Shown piece after piece: positions 10,190 through 21,191 of a stretch of 64,000 nt of DNA; position 1 is the first letter of the stretch; each line of letters starts with the position of its first letter. Position numbers and translations under genes: made by a program. The stretch lies in the NCBI GenBank assembly GCA_047612075.1, contig JBLGAF010000006.1:22780-86779 (forward strand), given 5' to 3'. The notes under the pieces are model-generated. The model saw only the letters and a list, made by a program, of their open reading frames with translations. It was not told where the DNA came from and did not search any database. This DNA is from Oleispira sp. Its GTDB lineage: Bacteria > Pseudomonadota > Gammaproteobacteria > Pseudomonadales > Oceanobacteraceae.

Positions 10190-12036
10190 TGCAAACAATT
10201 ACTCTGCACTCTTTCAGCGGTGGCGTTCACCCGCAAGAAAATAAACATCAGTCGACCCAAACAGCCATTGCTCAATTACCGTTACCGGCTCAGTTAATTG
10301 TTCCTATCGGGCAACACATCGGGGCGCCTGCCAACGTTATTGTTGACGTTGGCGAAGTGGTTTTAAAAGGCCAATTGATTGCCCAGCCTCAAGGGTTTAT
10401 TAGCGCAGGTATTCATGCTCCCACTTCCGGTAAAGTGGTGGCAATTGAGCAACGTGAATTACCTCATAGCTCCGGCCTTGAAGGTATTTGTATTGTTATT
10501 GATAGCGATGGCAAAGATCAGTGGTTAGAAGAAATTTTAAATGGCTCACTGGCGATTAACGACTATTTAGAAGCGGATAATGAGGTATTGGTTAAGCGCA
10601 TACGTGACTGCGGCATTACCGGCATGGGTGGCGCGAGCTTTCCTACTGCGGTAAAAATGTCGGTTACAGGCAAAAACATTGAAACATTAATTATCAATGC
10701 CGCCGAATGTGAACCGTATATAACCTCAGATGATATGTTGATGCGTGAGCGCGCCTTAGAATCAATGCGTGGCATTCAGATTTTAATGAAGTTAACGTCA
10801 GCCGATAATTGCTTAATTGGCATTGAAGATAATAAACCTGAAGCCATTAAGTCGATGGAAAGTGCTTTGCATGCGGTGCACGGTGAACACCGTATTAGTG
10901 TGGTGACGATCCCGACTAAGTATCCATCCGGTGGCGAAAAGCAATTAATTGAAATTCTTACCGGTAAAGAAGTGCCTCGTAATGGTCTTCCTACTGACAT
11001 TGGTATTGTTTGCCAGAACATAGGTACCTGCGAAGCCGTGTATCACGCGATTGCTAGGGGCAAACCGTTGATTTCCCGCATAACAACCATTACCGGTGAG
11101 TCCATTGAACAACCGCAAAATGTGGAAGTATTGATCGGCACGCCAATAAAACATTTATTAGCGTTTGCGGGCTTTAAACAAGAGACAAGTTTATTCCAGA
11201 AGTTGCTTGGTTCACTTAATCAAACGACTCCATCTGATAGCAAGCCACGAGTCATTATGGGTGGCCCAATGATGGGCTTCACGTTAAGCAGTGATGAATT
11301 GCCAATTTTGAAATCCAGTAACTGCATTTTAGCCCCCAGCCAAAAAGAACTCCCCGCTAACGATATGGCTTCAGCTTGTATTCGTTGTGGTTTATGCACT
11401 GAGGCTTGCCCAGCAGATTTATTGCCACAGCAACTTTATTGGTTTAGTAAATCCGGGGAGCTGGATAAAGCCGAACAACATAATATTGCTGATTGTATTG
11501 AATGTGGCGCATGTTCGTATGTTTGTCCAAGCCAAATTCCATTAGTGCAATATTATCGCCACGCTAAAGGTGAGATTAAAGAAGAACGCGCGGCACACCA
11601 AAAGTCAGAACGTTCGAGAGTTCGCTTTGAAGCGCGCCAAGATCGCTTAGATCGTGAAGTTGCTGAAAAAGAAGCGAAACGCCAAGCACGAACCGCTGCT
11701 GCAGAAAAAGCACAAGCGGCCAAAAAAGTAGCGGCGGCGCAAGCATTAGTAGACGCTGCTGAAAAAGACGATACTGCTGAAAGTGCCAGTGCGCCTAATG
11801 CAGCAGTAACGACAAAACCTGTGGCGCCGCTGAAAAAAGAAATTTCTCGCGATGATATCGAAAAGAAATTGCGCGCCCAGCAAGATCGTATAGATAAAAC
11901 TCAACAACGATTTCAGCTAGCACAAGAACAAGGTTCAGAGACCTTGCCCGTATTACAAAAAGGCTTAGATAAACAAATGCAAAAACTAAAAGAGCTAGAA
12001 GCAGACTTGGCTCAGTTTGATAAGGCAGGTGTATAA
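10189..12036 (+). CDS. rnfC: Rnf complex subunit C
   Basis: '[12 protein letters not shown]','[10 protein letters not shown]','GGPMMG', two CxxCxxC..CP motifs, charged C-terminal tail. Confidence 0.96.
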   Translation: MQTITLHSFSGGVHPQENKHQSTQTAIAQLPLPAQLIVPIGQHIGAPANVIVDVGEVVLKGQLIAQPQGFISAGIHAPTSGKVVAIEQRELPHSSGLEGICIVIDSDGKDQWLEEILNGSLAINDYLEADNEVLVKRIRDCGITGMGGASFPTAVKMSVTGKNIETLIINAAECEPYITSDDMLMRERALESMRGIQILMKLTSADNCLIGIEDNKPEAIKSMESALHAVHGEHRISVVTIPTKYPSGGEKQLIEILTGKEVPRNGLPTDIGIVCQNIGTCEAVYHAIARGKPLISRITTITGESIEQPQNVEVLIGTPIKHLLAFAGFKQETSLFQKLLGSLNQTTPSDSKPRVIMGGPMMGFTLSSDELPILKSSNCILAPSQKELPANDMASACIRCGLCTEACPADLLPQQLYWFSKSGELDKAEQHNIADCIECGACSYVCPSQIPLVQYYRHAKGEIKEERAAHQKSERSRVRFEARQDRLDREVAEKEAKRQARTAAAEKAQAAKKVAAAQALVDAAEKDDTAESASAPNAAVTTKPVAPLKKEISRDDIEKKLRAQQDRIDKTQQRFQLAQEQGSETLPVLQKGLDKQMQKLKELEADLAQFDKAGV

Positions 12037-12038
12037 AA

Positions 12039-13178
12039 ATGGCTTTTGTTAACATCACCTCCCCTCATGCTCACGGCGGTAATACGACTAGCCGTATTAT
12101 GTTGTTGGTTATTCTTGCAACTGTCCCCGGTATTTTTGCGCTGACCTATTTTTTTGGTTGGGGTAATTTAATTAATATTGCGCTGGCGAGTATCACTGCA
12201 TTGGCGTGCGAAGCGATCGTTTTAAAAATCCGTAAACGCCCCGTCCTCTTTATTTTGAAAGATAACACCGCATTATTGACCGCCGTTTTATTAGGTATTG
12301 CTTTACCCCCCTTTGCTCCTTGGTGGGTAACTGTGGTCGCAGTTAGTTTTTCAATGATTTTTGCGAAACACTTATACGGCGGCTTGGGTTATAACCCCTT
12401 TAACCCAGCGATGGTCGGTTATGCTTTGGTATTGATTTCTTTTCCTGTGCAGATGACGACCACTTGGGCGACGCCATTCTTTTTAAGTGCTGATCAAAGC
12501 CTTTCTTTTGTTGATAGTTTAAGTGTTATTTTCTCAAGTACCCCAGGTTTAACCGATGGTTACTCAGGCGCTACGCCACTGGATGTATATAAACATTTAG
12601 CGAAAAATGAAACGGCACTAGAGATTTTACAAGGACCTTTATTTTCAAGCGATGTTGCCAATGCAACGTCTGGTGGTTCTGCCAGTAACTGGTTCGCGGG
12701 CGGCTGGGAATTTGTGAACATTGCTTTCTTAATGGGTGGCTTGGCTTTATTAGCGCTGCGTATATTTACTTGGCACATTCCTTTTAGCCTATTAGCCGCG
12801 CTGGGCACTTGCTCTATGTTTTTCGGTTGGGATGCTGATTTGTACGTGCCTTGGTCGCTACACATATTTACCGGCGCTACCATGCTAGGGGCTTTCTTTA
12901 TTGCGACTGACCCCGTCTCTGCATCAACAACGCCGTTAGGTAAAATAATTTATGGCGCGGGCATTGGTATTTTAATTTTTGTTATTCGCACCTGGGGGGC
13001 TTATCCAGATGCCGTCGCTTTTGCTGTCTTGTTGATGAATTTTGCAGTCCCTTTTATCGATACTTATACCCAACCCAGAACTTATGGCCACGACAAGGCT
13101 AAACGGGGTTTGCTGGTAAAAGATAACGCTTCTTCATCTGAAAGTTCTACCACTAATAATTCAAACAAAGAGGGCTGA
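12039..13178 (+). CDS. rnfD: Rnf complex subunit D
   Basis: '[13 protein letters not shown]','DGYSGATPL' FMN site,'FFIATDPV','[11 protein letters not shown]'. Confidence 0.96.
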   Translation: MAFVNITSPHAHGGNTTSRIMLLVILATVPGIFALTYFFGWGNLINIALASITALACEAIVLKIRKRPVLFILKDNTALLTAVLLGIALPPFAPWWVTVVAVSFSMIFAKHLYGGLGYNPFNPAMVGYALVLISFPVQMTTTWATPFFLSADQSLSFVDSLSVIFSSTPGLTDGYSGATPLDVYKHLAKNETALEILQGPLFSSDVANATSGGSASNWFAGGWEFVNIAFLMGGLALLALRIFTWHIPFSLLAALGTCSMFFGWDADLYVPWSLHIFTGATMLGAFFIATDPVSASTTPLGKIIYGAGIGILIFVIRTWGAYPDAVAFAVLLMNFAVPFIDTYTQPRTYGHDKAKRGLLVKDNASSSESSTTNNSNKEG

Positions 13179-13180
13179 TT

Positions 13181-13888
13181 ATGAAAGATACATCTAAGAA
13201 AGATATTTGGACCTCTATTCGTGAAAATGCTGTCGGTCTTGGCTTGTTCGCAATTGTCACAGCGGGCTCGATTGGTATTGCCCAAGTGGTGACCAAAGAG
13301 AGCATCGAAAAAAATGTTCAAATCGCTCGAGCAAAAGCACTGCACGAAATTGTGCCGCAAAGTGCATACGATAACGATATATTAAACGATTCCATTTCGC
13401 TGTCACATGATGGCGTTAATAGTGAATTTAGTGTCCGCTTATTAGGACCCATCGCCGATGATGCCGTAGCTTATATCGCTCGCAAAGACGGCAAGGCCCA
13501 TACTATTATTTTACCCGTTACTGCTCCTGATGGTTATACCGCTAATATCGACATGATTGTCGGTATTAAAGTAGACGGTAGCTTGGCAGGTGTTCGGGTC
13601 GTTAATCATAAAGAGACTCCTGGATTAGGTGATAAAATTGAAGCGAAAAAACATCCTTGGATTCTTCAGTTCTCCGGTTTATCGTTAACCAACCCGGAAG
13701 AAAAACTATGGGCGGTGAAGAAAGACGGCGGCGACTTCGATCAATTCACTGGTGCAACCATTACTCCAAGAGCCGTTGTGCGCTCTGTTCGCTTAGCACT
13801 GACATTCTTTCAGAAGCACAGTAAAGAACTGACAGCAAATAAAGACTACTTAACCGCTCATACAGAGGACGTTGCACATGGCGAATAA
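13181..13888 (+). CDS. rnfG: Rnf complex subunit G
   Basis: 'APDGY','[11 protein letters not shown]','[15 protein letters not shown]'. Confidence 0.95.
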   Translation: MKDTSKKDIWTSIRENAVGLGLFAIVTAGSIGIAQVVTKESIEKNVQIARAKALHEIVPQSAYDNDILNDSISLSHDGVNSEFSVRLLGPIADDAVAYIARKDGKAHTIILPVTAPDGYTANIDMIVGIKVDGSLAGVRVVNHKETPGLGDKIEAKKHPWILQFSGLSLTNPEEKLWAVKKDGGDFDQFTGATITPRAVVRSVRLALTFFQKHSKELTANKDYLTAHTEDVAHGE

Positions 13889-14591
13889 ATCCTTATCAGA
13901 GATCACCGTAGACGGCCTGTGGAAAAATAACCCAGCCCTCGTTCAGCTATTAGGCTTGTGTCCACTTCTGGCTGTTACCGGTACGGTAGTAAATGCAATC
14001 GGCCTAGGCTTAGCGACTATTTTAGTGCTAGTAGGCTCCAATATTGCCGTCTCTCTTATCCGCAATCACGTTGCTGATGCCGTTCGCCTACCAGCTTTCG
14101 TTATGATCATTGCTTCCTTCGTGACGGTGACTGAGCTAGTAATGCAGGCATTAACGTATGAGTTGTATCAGATTCTAGGGATCTTCATTCCACTGATCGT
14201 AACCAACTGTGCGATTTTAGGTCGTGCTGATGCCTTCGCCAGTAAAAATGGCATCATTCCTTCTGCCATTGATGGCTTAACCATGGGCCTTGGTTTTACG
14301 GCGGTATTAATTCTGTTGGGTGTGATTCGTGAAGTGATCGGCCAAGGTACTCTATTTACCAATATGGAACTGATCTTTGGTGAAATGGCAGTGAATTGGG
14401 AAATCGTTATTTTTAGCGATTACCCAGACTTCTTATTTGCTATTTTGCCTCCCGGTGCTTTTGTGGCGATGGGTTTAATTATTGCTGTTAAAAACCTGGT
14501 TGATAATTACCTAGACGAAAAAGCTGCAGCGAATAAAGAAGCGATTGCGGCGGGCTCTAAGCGGGCCCGAGTGACAGGCAAGATTAGTTAG
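13878..14591 (+). CDS. rnfE: Rnf complex subunit E
   Basis: '[17 protein letters not shown]','IPLIVTNC','ILPPGAF'; start at second Met. Confidence 0.95.
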   Translation: MANKSLSEITVDGLWKNNPALVQLLGLCPLLAVTGTVVNAIGLGLATILVLVGSNIAVSLIRNHVADAVRLPAFVMIIASFVTVTELVMQALTYELYQILGIFIPLIVTNCAILGRADAFASKNGIIPSAIDGLTMGLGFTAVLILLGVIREVIGQGTLFTNMELIFGEMAVNWEIVIFSDYPDFLFAILPPGAFVAMGLIIAVKNLVDNYLDEKAAANKEAIAAGSKRARVTGKIS

Positions 14592-14647
14592 CACTTACTT
14601 TCAATCATAAAAACTGCATTCAGTCTACTCAGCAACTTAATAGACAC

Positions 14648-14687
14648 AAAAAAACCGGCTCCCATATTACTATGAGACCGGTTTTTT
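14648..14687. terminator. Bidirectional terminator between rnfE and oadB
   Basis: AAAAAAACCGG...CCGGTTTTTT. Confidence 0.8.
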
Positions 14688-14725
14688 ATTGGTAACAATT
14701 TAGTTCAAAGATTCAGTTCAAGCTA

Positions 14726-15898
14726 TTAACCTAAGAAACTGATCATTACACCTGCTGCTACCGCAGAACCAATAACACCCGCAACGTTTGGACCCATTGC
14801 ATGCATTAATAAGAAGTTCTGGCCGTTAGCTTCGAGGCCAACCTTGTTCGATACACGTGCCGCCATGGGTACCGCAGAAACACCTGCAGAACCAATCAAG
14901 GGATTTACTTTATCTTTAACGATTAAGTTCATACCTTTAGCCATCAATACACCAGCTGCAGTACCGACACAAAATGCTGACAAACCAAGTACCAAGATAC
15001 TTAACGTATCAAGATTCAAGAAAGATTCAGCACTCATCTTAGAACCAACACCTAGGCCCAAGAAAATGGTTACGATATTGATCAAAGCATTCTGCACAGT
15101 ATCGCTTAAACGATCTACCACACCGGATTCTTTCATCAAGTTACCAAAGCAAAACATGCCCAATAGTGGCGCCGCTGAAGGCAAGCATAATGCCACCAAC
15201 ACAAGTACTACGATCGGGAATATGATCTTCTCAGCTTGGCTCACTTCGCGAGCCTGTACCATAACGATCTTACGTTCTTCAGCGTTGGTAAAGAGTTTCA
15301 TAATAGGCGGTTGGATCATAGGAACCAAAGCCATGTATGAGTAAGCGGCTACTGCAATAGCACCTAGTAATTCAGGGGCTAACTTAGAAGCGATGAAAAT
15401 AGACGTTGGACCATCAGCACCACCAATAATACCAATCGCTGCGGCTTGCTGGATGGTGAAATCCATATAGCCTGCATCGGTTGCTAATACTGCGCCTGCT
15501 ACCGTACCAAAAATACCGAACTGAGCAGCTGCACCCAGTAATAAGGTTTTAGGGTTTGCTAATAACGGACCAAAATCGGTCATTGCGCCTACACCCATGA
15601 ATATCATCAAAGGGAATAAACCCGTTTCGATGCCCGCATGGTAAATGTAGTACAGCAAACCCGCCGGACTATCGAGATGACCATCCGCAGAATATACAGC
15701 AGGCGCATAAAAATCAGCGCCTGGAATATTTACGAAGATAGTACCGACCGCGATTGGCAATAAAAGCAAAGGCTCAAATTGAAACTTCGGATGTATTGCT
15801 AAAAATAATAACAAACACCCAATCGAGATCATGAAAAATTGGCCAATTGTCATCTGGTAAAAACCAGTGTCTTGCCAAAGATTAATTAAGCTTTCCAT
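14726..15898 (-). CDS. oadB: Na+-translocating oxaloacetate decarboxylase beta subunit
   Basis: '[11 protein letters not shown]','AYSYMALVP','[11 protein letters not shown]','HAMGPNVAG'. Confidence 0.96.
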   Translation of the reverse strand: MESLINLWQDTGFYQMTIGQFFMISIGCLLLFLAIHPKFQFEPLLLLPIAVGTIFVNIPGADFYAPAVYSADGHLDSPAGLLYYIYHAGIETGLFPLMIFMGVGAMTDFGPLLANPKTLLLGAAAQFGIFGTVAGAVLATDAGYMDFTIQQAAAIGIIGGADGPTSIFIASKLAPELLGAIAVAAYSYMALVPMIQPPIMKLFTNAEERKIVMVQAREVSQAEKIIFPIVVLVLVALCLPSAAPLLGMFCFGNLMKESGVVDRLSDTVQNALINIVTIFLGLGVGSKMSAESFLNLDTLSILVLGLSAFCVGTAAGVLMAKGMNLIVKDKVNPLIGSAGVSAVPMAARVSNKVGLEANGQNFLLMHAMGPNVAGVIGSAVAAGVMISFLG

Positions 15899-15909
15899 AC
15901 GTCAGTTCC

Positions 15910-17676
15910 TTAGGCGATGGTATAAAGAGTATCGCCGACCTTAACAGAAGAGCCTTCACTAGTAGTTACACTACCAATGGTGCCTGCTTTAGGTGCACGA
16001 ATCTCAGTTTCCATTTTCATTGCTTCGAGAATGATAACAACATCACCTTCAGCAACTACTTGGCCAGGTTGAACAAGAACTTTCCAGATATTACCCGCTA
16101 GCGGTGCTTTATGAGGCTCACCACCACCAACAGCACCAGCAGGAGCTGCTACAGGAGCTGCACCACCCATGTTTAATGGCGCGCCATTAACAGGAGCTAA
16201 TTCTGAAACTTCACCGTCGTCGTCAACTTTAACAACGTATTCGTTGCCATCGACAGTCACAGTGAAGGTATCTTCTTGATCTTTTGGCGCAGGTTCGAAT
16301 GCGTCTGGATTACCACGATTTTCCAAGAACTTAGGAGCAACCTGTGGGAACAGAGCATACGTCAATGCATCATCAATCTTGTCTGCAGCAAGCTTAAAGC
16401 CTTTCTCAGCAGCAAGTTTGTCAACGTCAGCAATAATTTGATCCATTTCGTTTTCGATCAAATCGGCTGGGCGACAAGTGATAACTTCAGCACCTTCTAA
16501 TACGCGTGTTTGCAATTCAGCATTCATTGCTGAAGGCGCTGCACCGTATTCGCCTTTCAAAATACCTTTGGTTTCTTTAGAGATTGTCTTGTAACGTTCG
16601 CCGGTCAATACGTTCAGTACTGCTTGAGTACCAACGATTTGAGAGGTTGGAGTTACTAAAGGTATGTAACCTAGATCTTTGCGTACACGCGGAATCTCAG
16701 CTAATACTTCATCAAATCTGTCAGATGCGCCTTGCTCTTTTAGCTGGTTTTCCATGTTGGTCAACATGCCACCAGGAACTTGAGCCACAAGAATACGAGA
16801 ATCTGTACCGCGTAATGCGCCTTCAAATTTAGCGTATTTCTTACGCACAACACGGAAGTAAGCAGCGATTTCTTCTAATAACAACAAGTCGATATTAGTA
16901 TCACGACCCGTGCCTTTCAATGCCGCTACAACAGATTCTGTCGCAGTATGACCATAAGTCATAGACATAGAAGAAATGGCCGTATCTACACGGTCAACAC
17001 CCGCTTCAACGGCTTTCAGGATTGTCATATCAGACAAACCAGAGGTCGCGTGAGCGTGCAGCTGAATTTCAAGGTCAGTTTGTGCTTTCAGCTTAGTAAT
17101 AAGTTCGAAAGCATTATACGGAGTTAAAACACCCGCCATATCTTTAATGGCGATAGAGTCTGCACCCATATCTTCAATTTTCTTCGCAAGGTCTACCCAA
17201 GAGTCCAGTGTATGCACTGGGCTAGTAGTGTAAGACAATGTACCTTGCGCGTGCTTACCTTGTTTCTTAACCGCTTTTAAAGCAGTTTCAAGGTTACGCG
17301 GATCGTTCATCGCATCAAATACGCGGAACACGTCTACGCCGTTAACGGCAGCACGTTCTACGAATTTTTCAACAACATCATCAGCGTAGTGACGGTAACC
17401 TAAAAGGTTTTGTCCACGCAAAAGCATTTGTTGAGGTGTTTTCGGCATCGCTTTTTTGAATTCACGAATACGATCCCAAGGGTCTTCACCCAAGAAACGA
17501 ATGCAAGAATCAAAGGTTGCGCCGCCCCAAGATTCAAGTGACCAATAGCCAACCTGATCTAGTTTCTCAGCGATAGGAAGCATGTCATCAATGCGCATGC
17601 GTGTAGCCAGTATAGACTGGTGTGCGTCGCGTAATACGACGTCTGTGATACCAAGAGGTTTCTTAGAATCGGTCAT
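15910..17676 (-). CDS. oadA: Oxaloacetate decarboxylase alpha subunit
   Basis: 'LRDAHQS','WGGATFD','IKDMAG','VPGGM', biotin site 'EAMKME'. Confidence 0.97.
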   Translation of the reverse strand: MTDSKKPLGITDVVLRDAHQSILATRMRIDDMLPIAEKLDQVGYWSLESWGGATFDSCIRFLGEDPWDRIREFKKAMPKTPQQMLLRGQNLLGYRHYADDVVEKFVERAAVNGVDVFRVFDAMNDPRNLETALKAVKKQGKHAQGTLSYTTSPVHTLDSWVDLAKKIEDMGADSIAIKDMAGVLTPYNAFELITKLKAQTDLEIQLHAHATSGLSDMTILKAVEAGVDRVDTAISSMSMTYGHTATESVVAALKGTGRDTNIDLLLLEEIAAYFRVVRKKYAKFEGALRGTDSRILVAQVPGGMLTNMENQLKEQGASDRFDEVLAEIPRVRKDLGYIPLVTPTSQIVGTQAVLNVLTGERYKTISKETKGILKGEYGAAPSAMNAELQTRVLEGAEVITCRPADLIENEMDQIIADVDKLAAEKGFKLAADKIDDALTYALFPQVAPKFLENRGNPDAFEPAPKDQEDTFTVTVDGNEYVVKVDDDGEVSELAPVNGAPLNMGGAAPVAAPAGAVGGGEPHKAPLAGNIWKVLVQPGQVVAEGDVVIILEAMKMETEIRAPKAGTIGSVTTSEGSSVKVGDTLYTIA

Positions 17677-17736
17677 GGATGATGGCCTTTTCTTCCGTTT
17701 ACGTTGTTAACGTATAGGTTGATCCAAATTCGTACG

Positions 17737-17976
17737 CTACTTTTGGCGCGTACGATGCTCTTTTACTGCGGCGGCTAAAACTTTTAGCAGCTGCGGGTCT
17801 ACACCTTGAGTTGGTGCTGTTACCACAGATTGCGGAACAACAACGGGCTCTGGGGCAAACTTATTTACTATCTTGGACATCAGGCTGGTGGCGAAAATCA
17901 GTAATACCAAAAACGAAAATACTGTTCCCATACCAAAGGCCATCAGTTCCAAACCACTCGAAACTAGCTCAGACAT
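17737..17976 (-). CDS. oadG: Oxaloacetate decarboxylase gamma subunit
   Basis: 'GMGTVFSFLVLL' TM, Pro-rich linker,'AAAVKEHR'. Confidence 0.92.
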   Translation of the reverse strand: MSELVSSGLELMAFGMGTVFSFLVLLIFATSLMSKIVNKFAPEPVVVPQSVVTAPTQGVDPQLLKVLAAAVKEHRTRQK

Positions 17977-18108
17977 GCCGGCTGATCCTCATTAAATATT
18001 CTATGTGTCTATTTTTTGAGCACATCGTACTCTCCTAAATAGTCTAAAAGGAATATCAATGTACTCAAAAACGCTCATTTTAACAAGTTTAATGATTTTT
18101 TTTATGCA

Positions 18109-18468
18109 TTAAGTACACATTTCACGGACTAAAACCTCCATACTAAACAAGGGTTTATAGAAAATAGACTGGCGAACTCGAGAGTTTTCGCGCAACAGGT
18201 CAGGCAATTCATAGTCGGTTGATCCCGTATGAATTAGAAATTGTAGCTGGGATTGCTGCTGAGAAGCTCGCAGAATAAACTGATTACCATCTATTCCTGG
18301 CAAGCGCATATCAACAATTGCAAATTTTGGTTTGAATTCCTGTAATAACAACAATCCTTGCTCACCACTGACAGCAATAATAACCTGATAACCCTCATCT
18401 TCTAAAAAAGCTTGGGTATTGCTATAGACCCTTTCATCATCATCAACAATTAAAATCAGTTCTGACAT
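18109..18468 (-). CDS. Single-domain response regulator (CheY-like receiver)
   Basis: 'ILIVDDD','IVDMRLPGIDG','HTG','YKP'. Confidence 0.85.
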   Translation of the reverse strand: MSELILIVDDDERVYSNTQAFLEDEGYQVIIAVSGEQGLLLLQEFKPKFAIVDMRLPGIDGNQFILRASQQQSQLQFLIHTGSTDYELPDLLRENSRVRQSIFYKPLFSMEVLVREMCT

Positions 18469-18765
18469 CTGCAACTCCTTTGCATAGCCTGATAAATTTG
18501 TAATTGTTACTTGTCACAAAATACGAGCAAAAAAGCAAATAGTTTAATTAGTTACAAAAGTTATTAAGGGGTGATCACTGAGTAAGCATGAGACAATTTT
18601 TTTATACAAAAACAATTCTGACGCAAAAAGAGTCATATTGAAGAAATGATTTTTATTGCAGATTAAATATATAAAAGAAGGGAATTGGAATAAGAACGCG
18701 GCTACTGATATTTTCAGTCGAAGTCGTGAAATAATAATCGAGGTTTTTATCTAGAAGGGGGAAAA

Positions 18766-18842
18766 TGGTGCGCTTGGCAGGAGTCGAACCTGCGACCACC
18801 TGGTTCGTAGCCAGGTACTCTATCCAGCTGAGCTACAAGCGC
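18766..18842 (-). tRNA. tRNA-Arg(ACG)
   Basis: GCGCTTGTAGCTCAGCTGGATAGAG...ct ACG aa...GGTTCGACTCC...CAAGCGCACCA. Confidence 0.97.
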
Positions 18843-18896
18843 ACTTCAAAACTTTTTCTATTCAGACGAATTTATTCATTGCAGAGAACGAATAAA

Positions 18897-18973
18897 TGGT
18901 GCGCTTGGCAGGAGTCGAACCTGCGACCACCTGGTTCGTAGCCAGGTACTCTATCCAGCTGAGCTACAAGCGC
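18897..18973 (-). tRNA. tRNA-Arg(ACG)
   Basis: Identical 77-nt copy. Confidence 0.97.
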
Positions 18974-19028
18974 ACTGCAAAACTTTTTCTATCACGACGA
19001 ATTTATTCATTATAAAATAAAAAATAAA

Positions 19029-19105
19029 TGGTGCGCTTGGCAGGAGTCGAACCTGCGACCACCTGGTTCGTAGCCAGGTACTCTATCCAGCTGAGCTACA
19101 AGCGC
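19029..19105 (-). tRNA. tRNA-Arg(ACG)
   Basis: Identical 77-nt copy. Confidence 0.97.
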
Positions 19106-19148
19106 ACACTGTATCTTGCTGCCAACTTAATATTTTTCAACATTAAAG

Positions 19149-19238
19149 TGGCGGAGAGGGAGGGATTCGAACCCTCGAAAGGATCTCTCCTTTACACCCT
19201 TAGCAGGGGCGCGCTTTCAGCCACTCAGCCACCTCTCC
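19149..19238 (-). tRNA. tRNA-Ser(GCT)
   Basis: GGAGAGGTGGCTGAGTGG...ct GCT aa, long variable arm, GGTTCGAATCC...GCCA; canonical csrA-serV-argQ-type position. Confidence 0.96.
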
Positions 19239-19326
19239 TCAACACGGCCAAGATAATACCATGTTTATTTCTTTTGCATAGTCTATTTATAAAAATAATT
19301 AGATTTTATCCATAAATATTAATACG

Positions 19327-19524
19327 TTAGAAGTTTCCGCTGGGTTCACCTTCGCCATTCTTCTCACGCTGAATGCGCTGATATATTTCTTCACGGTGTA
19401 CCGAGACTTCCTTTGGTGCATCAACGCCGATGCGAACTTGATTACCCTTAACCCCTAAAACGGTTACGGTAACTTCGTCACCAATCATTAATGTTTCACC
19501 AACACGGCGAGTCAAAATTAGCAT
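19327..19524 (-). CDS. csrA: Carbon storage regulator
   Basis: '[33 protein letters not shown]...HREEIY'. Confidence 0.98.
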   Translation of the reverse strand: MLILTRRVGETLMIGDEVTVTVLGVKGNQVRIGVDAPKEVSVHREEIYQRIQREKNGEGEPSGNF

Positions 19525-19767
19525 TAGATTCTCCCAATCTTTTCTTTGTACTTTTTCAAGTACATTTAATACTTTGCGAACTGCTTTATTTCTAGGGTGT
19601 TTTTCTATCTATTCTATAAATATCTAAACGAGATATTTCCCTACCCTTTCAGTAAGTATTGCCTACCTTTGACAAAATGAAAGAAAAAGTAAGGAATAAT
19701 CCAGAACTTTAGTGCTGCATGGGCACTCCGGCCCATACGGAAAGCAATACTAGGCTGATACCTAATA

Positions 19768-20997
19768 TTACGCCCCTTCCTCAGCATCGAGGCCAAACGC
19801 TGTGTGCAAAGCGCGCACTGCAAGTTCTAAATATTTTTCTGCAATCACAACAGAGATTTTAATCTCAGACGTGGTAATTGCTTGGATATTGATGGACTCA
19901 TCCGCCAATACTTTAAACATTTTGCTAGCGACACCCGCATGCGAGCGCATACCAACACCAACCATCGATACTTTGCAGATATCATCTGTACCAGATACAT
20001 GACGAGCATCAAGTTCAGTGGCGGTATTCTGCAAAATTTCTAACGCTTTTTTATAGTCGTTGCGATGTACCGTAAACGTGAAGTCGGTAGAACCATCTTC
20101 TGCTACGTTCTGTACAATCATATCAACTTCAATATTTGCATCACTTATCGGACACAGTATCTTAGAAGCCACACCTGGAATATCAGGGACGCCTTTAACG
20201 GTTACTTTGGCTTCATCGCGACTAAAGGCGATACCGGAAATTACTGGATTTTCCACGGAGCTGTTCTCCTCCATTGTAATGAGTGTGCCAGGGCCATCAT
20301 CAAAGGTCGAAAGTACACGTAAAGGTACTTTATATTTCCCAGCAAATTCGACTGCTCGGATCTGTAGTATTTTTGAACCTAGACTTGCCATCTCTAGCAT
20401 TTCTTCAAACGTCACTTTTTCCATGCGACGTGCATTAGGCACTATCCGAGGATCAGTAGTGTATACGCCATCTACATCAGTATAGATCTGTGCTTCATCA
20501 GCATTTAACGCAGCCGCCAGTGCAACACCGGTAGTATCAGAGCCACCCCGACCTAGTGTGGTAATGTTATTATCGCTGTCAACGCCTTGAAAGCCCGCCA
20601 CAATACAAATGTTGCCTGCATCTAACTGCTTGCGCATAGCATCGGTATCGATGTCTTCGATTCTGGCTTTCATGTGTGAACTATCAGTTTTAATACCCAC
20701 CTGCCAACCGGTAAAAGATTTGGCACCCACCCCACGTTTCTTTAACGCCATTGCCAATAAAGCAATCGTTACTTGTTCGCCGGTTGATATCAATACATCC
20801 ATTTCTCGAGGATCAGGGTCATCTGATATGCTATTGGCAAGACCAATAAGACGATTAGTCTCACCACTCATTGCGGATACAGCAACCACCACTTGGTGTC
20901 CTGCATCATGGAAGGACTTTACTTTGTCAGCGACATGCTCGATGCGCTCGACGGTGCCTACCGAAGTACCGCCGTACTTTTGTACGTATAACGCCAT
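19768..20997 (-). CDS. lysC: Aspartate kinase
   Basis: 'VQKYGGTSV','TLGRGGSDTT','YTDVDGVYT.DPR', two ACT domains. Confidence 0.96.
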   Translation of the reverse strand: MALYVQKYGGTSVGTVERIEHVADKVKSFHDAGHQVVVAVSAMSGETNRLIGLANSISDDPDPREMDVLISTGEQVTIALLAMALKKRGVGAKSFTGWQVGIKTDSSHMKARIEDIDTDAMRKQLDAGNICIVAGFQGVDSDNNITTLGRGGSDTTGVALAAALNADEAQIYTDVDGVYTTDPRIVPNARRMEKVTFEEMLEMASLGSKILQIRAVEFAGKYKVPLRVLSTFDDGPGTLITMEENSSVENPVISGIAFSRDEAKVTVKGVPDIPGVASKILCPISDANIEVDMIVQNVAEDGSTDFTFTVHRNDYKKALEILQNTATELDARHVSGTDDICKVSMVGVGMRSHAGVASKMFKVLADESINIQAITTSEIKISVVIAEKYLELAVRALHTAFGLDAEEGA

Positions 20998-21078
20998 GAT
21001 TCTAACTAGCTAAAGAAAATGGGGCCTAATTAAACACTAAATTTGTTTATTATTAAATAAAAACTAGAACGCTAAAAC

Positions 21079-21113
21079 AAAAAAGGCGATTAACTTAATT
21101 ATCAATCGCCTTT
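21079..21113 (-). terminator. Intrinsic terminator after alaS
   Basis: AAAAAAGGCGATT...AATCGCCTTT. Confidence 0.7.
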
Positions 21114-21191
21114 CTCTTCATTCATTACAATAAAGTTAATCACCCTATGGTTATCGACTCAGAGTGGTTAATTTTCTCTATTCATACGCCC

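Noticed and set aside
18766-19105. Regularly spaced identical repeats resembling a CRISPR array
   Set aside because: Repeats are 77-nt tRNA-Arg genes with cloverleaf and CCA; spacers resemble each other; no cas genes.
19028-19315. 95-aa ORF on +
   Set aside because: Antisense to tRNA-Arg and tRNA-Ser; spurious.
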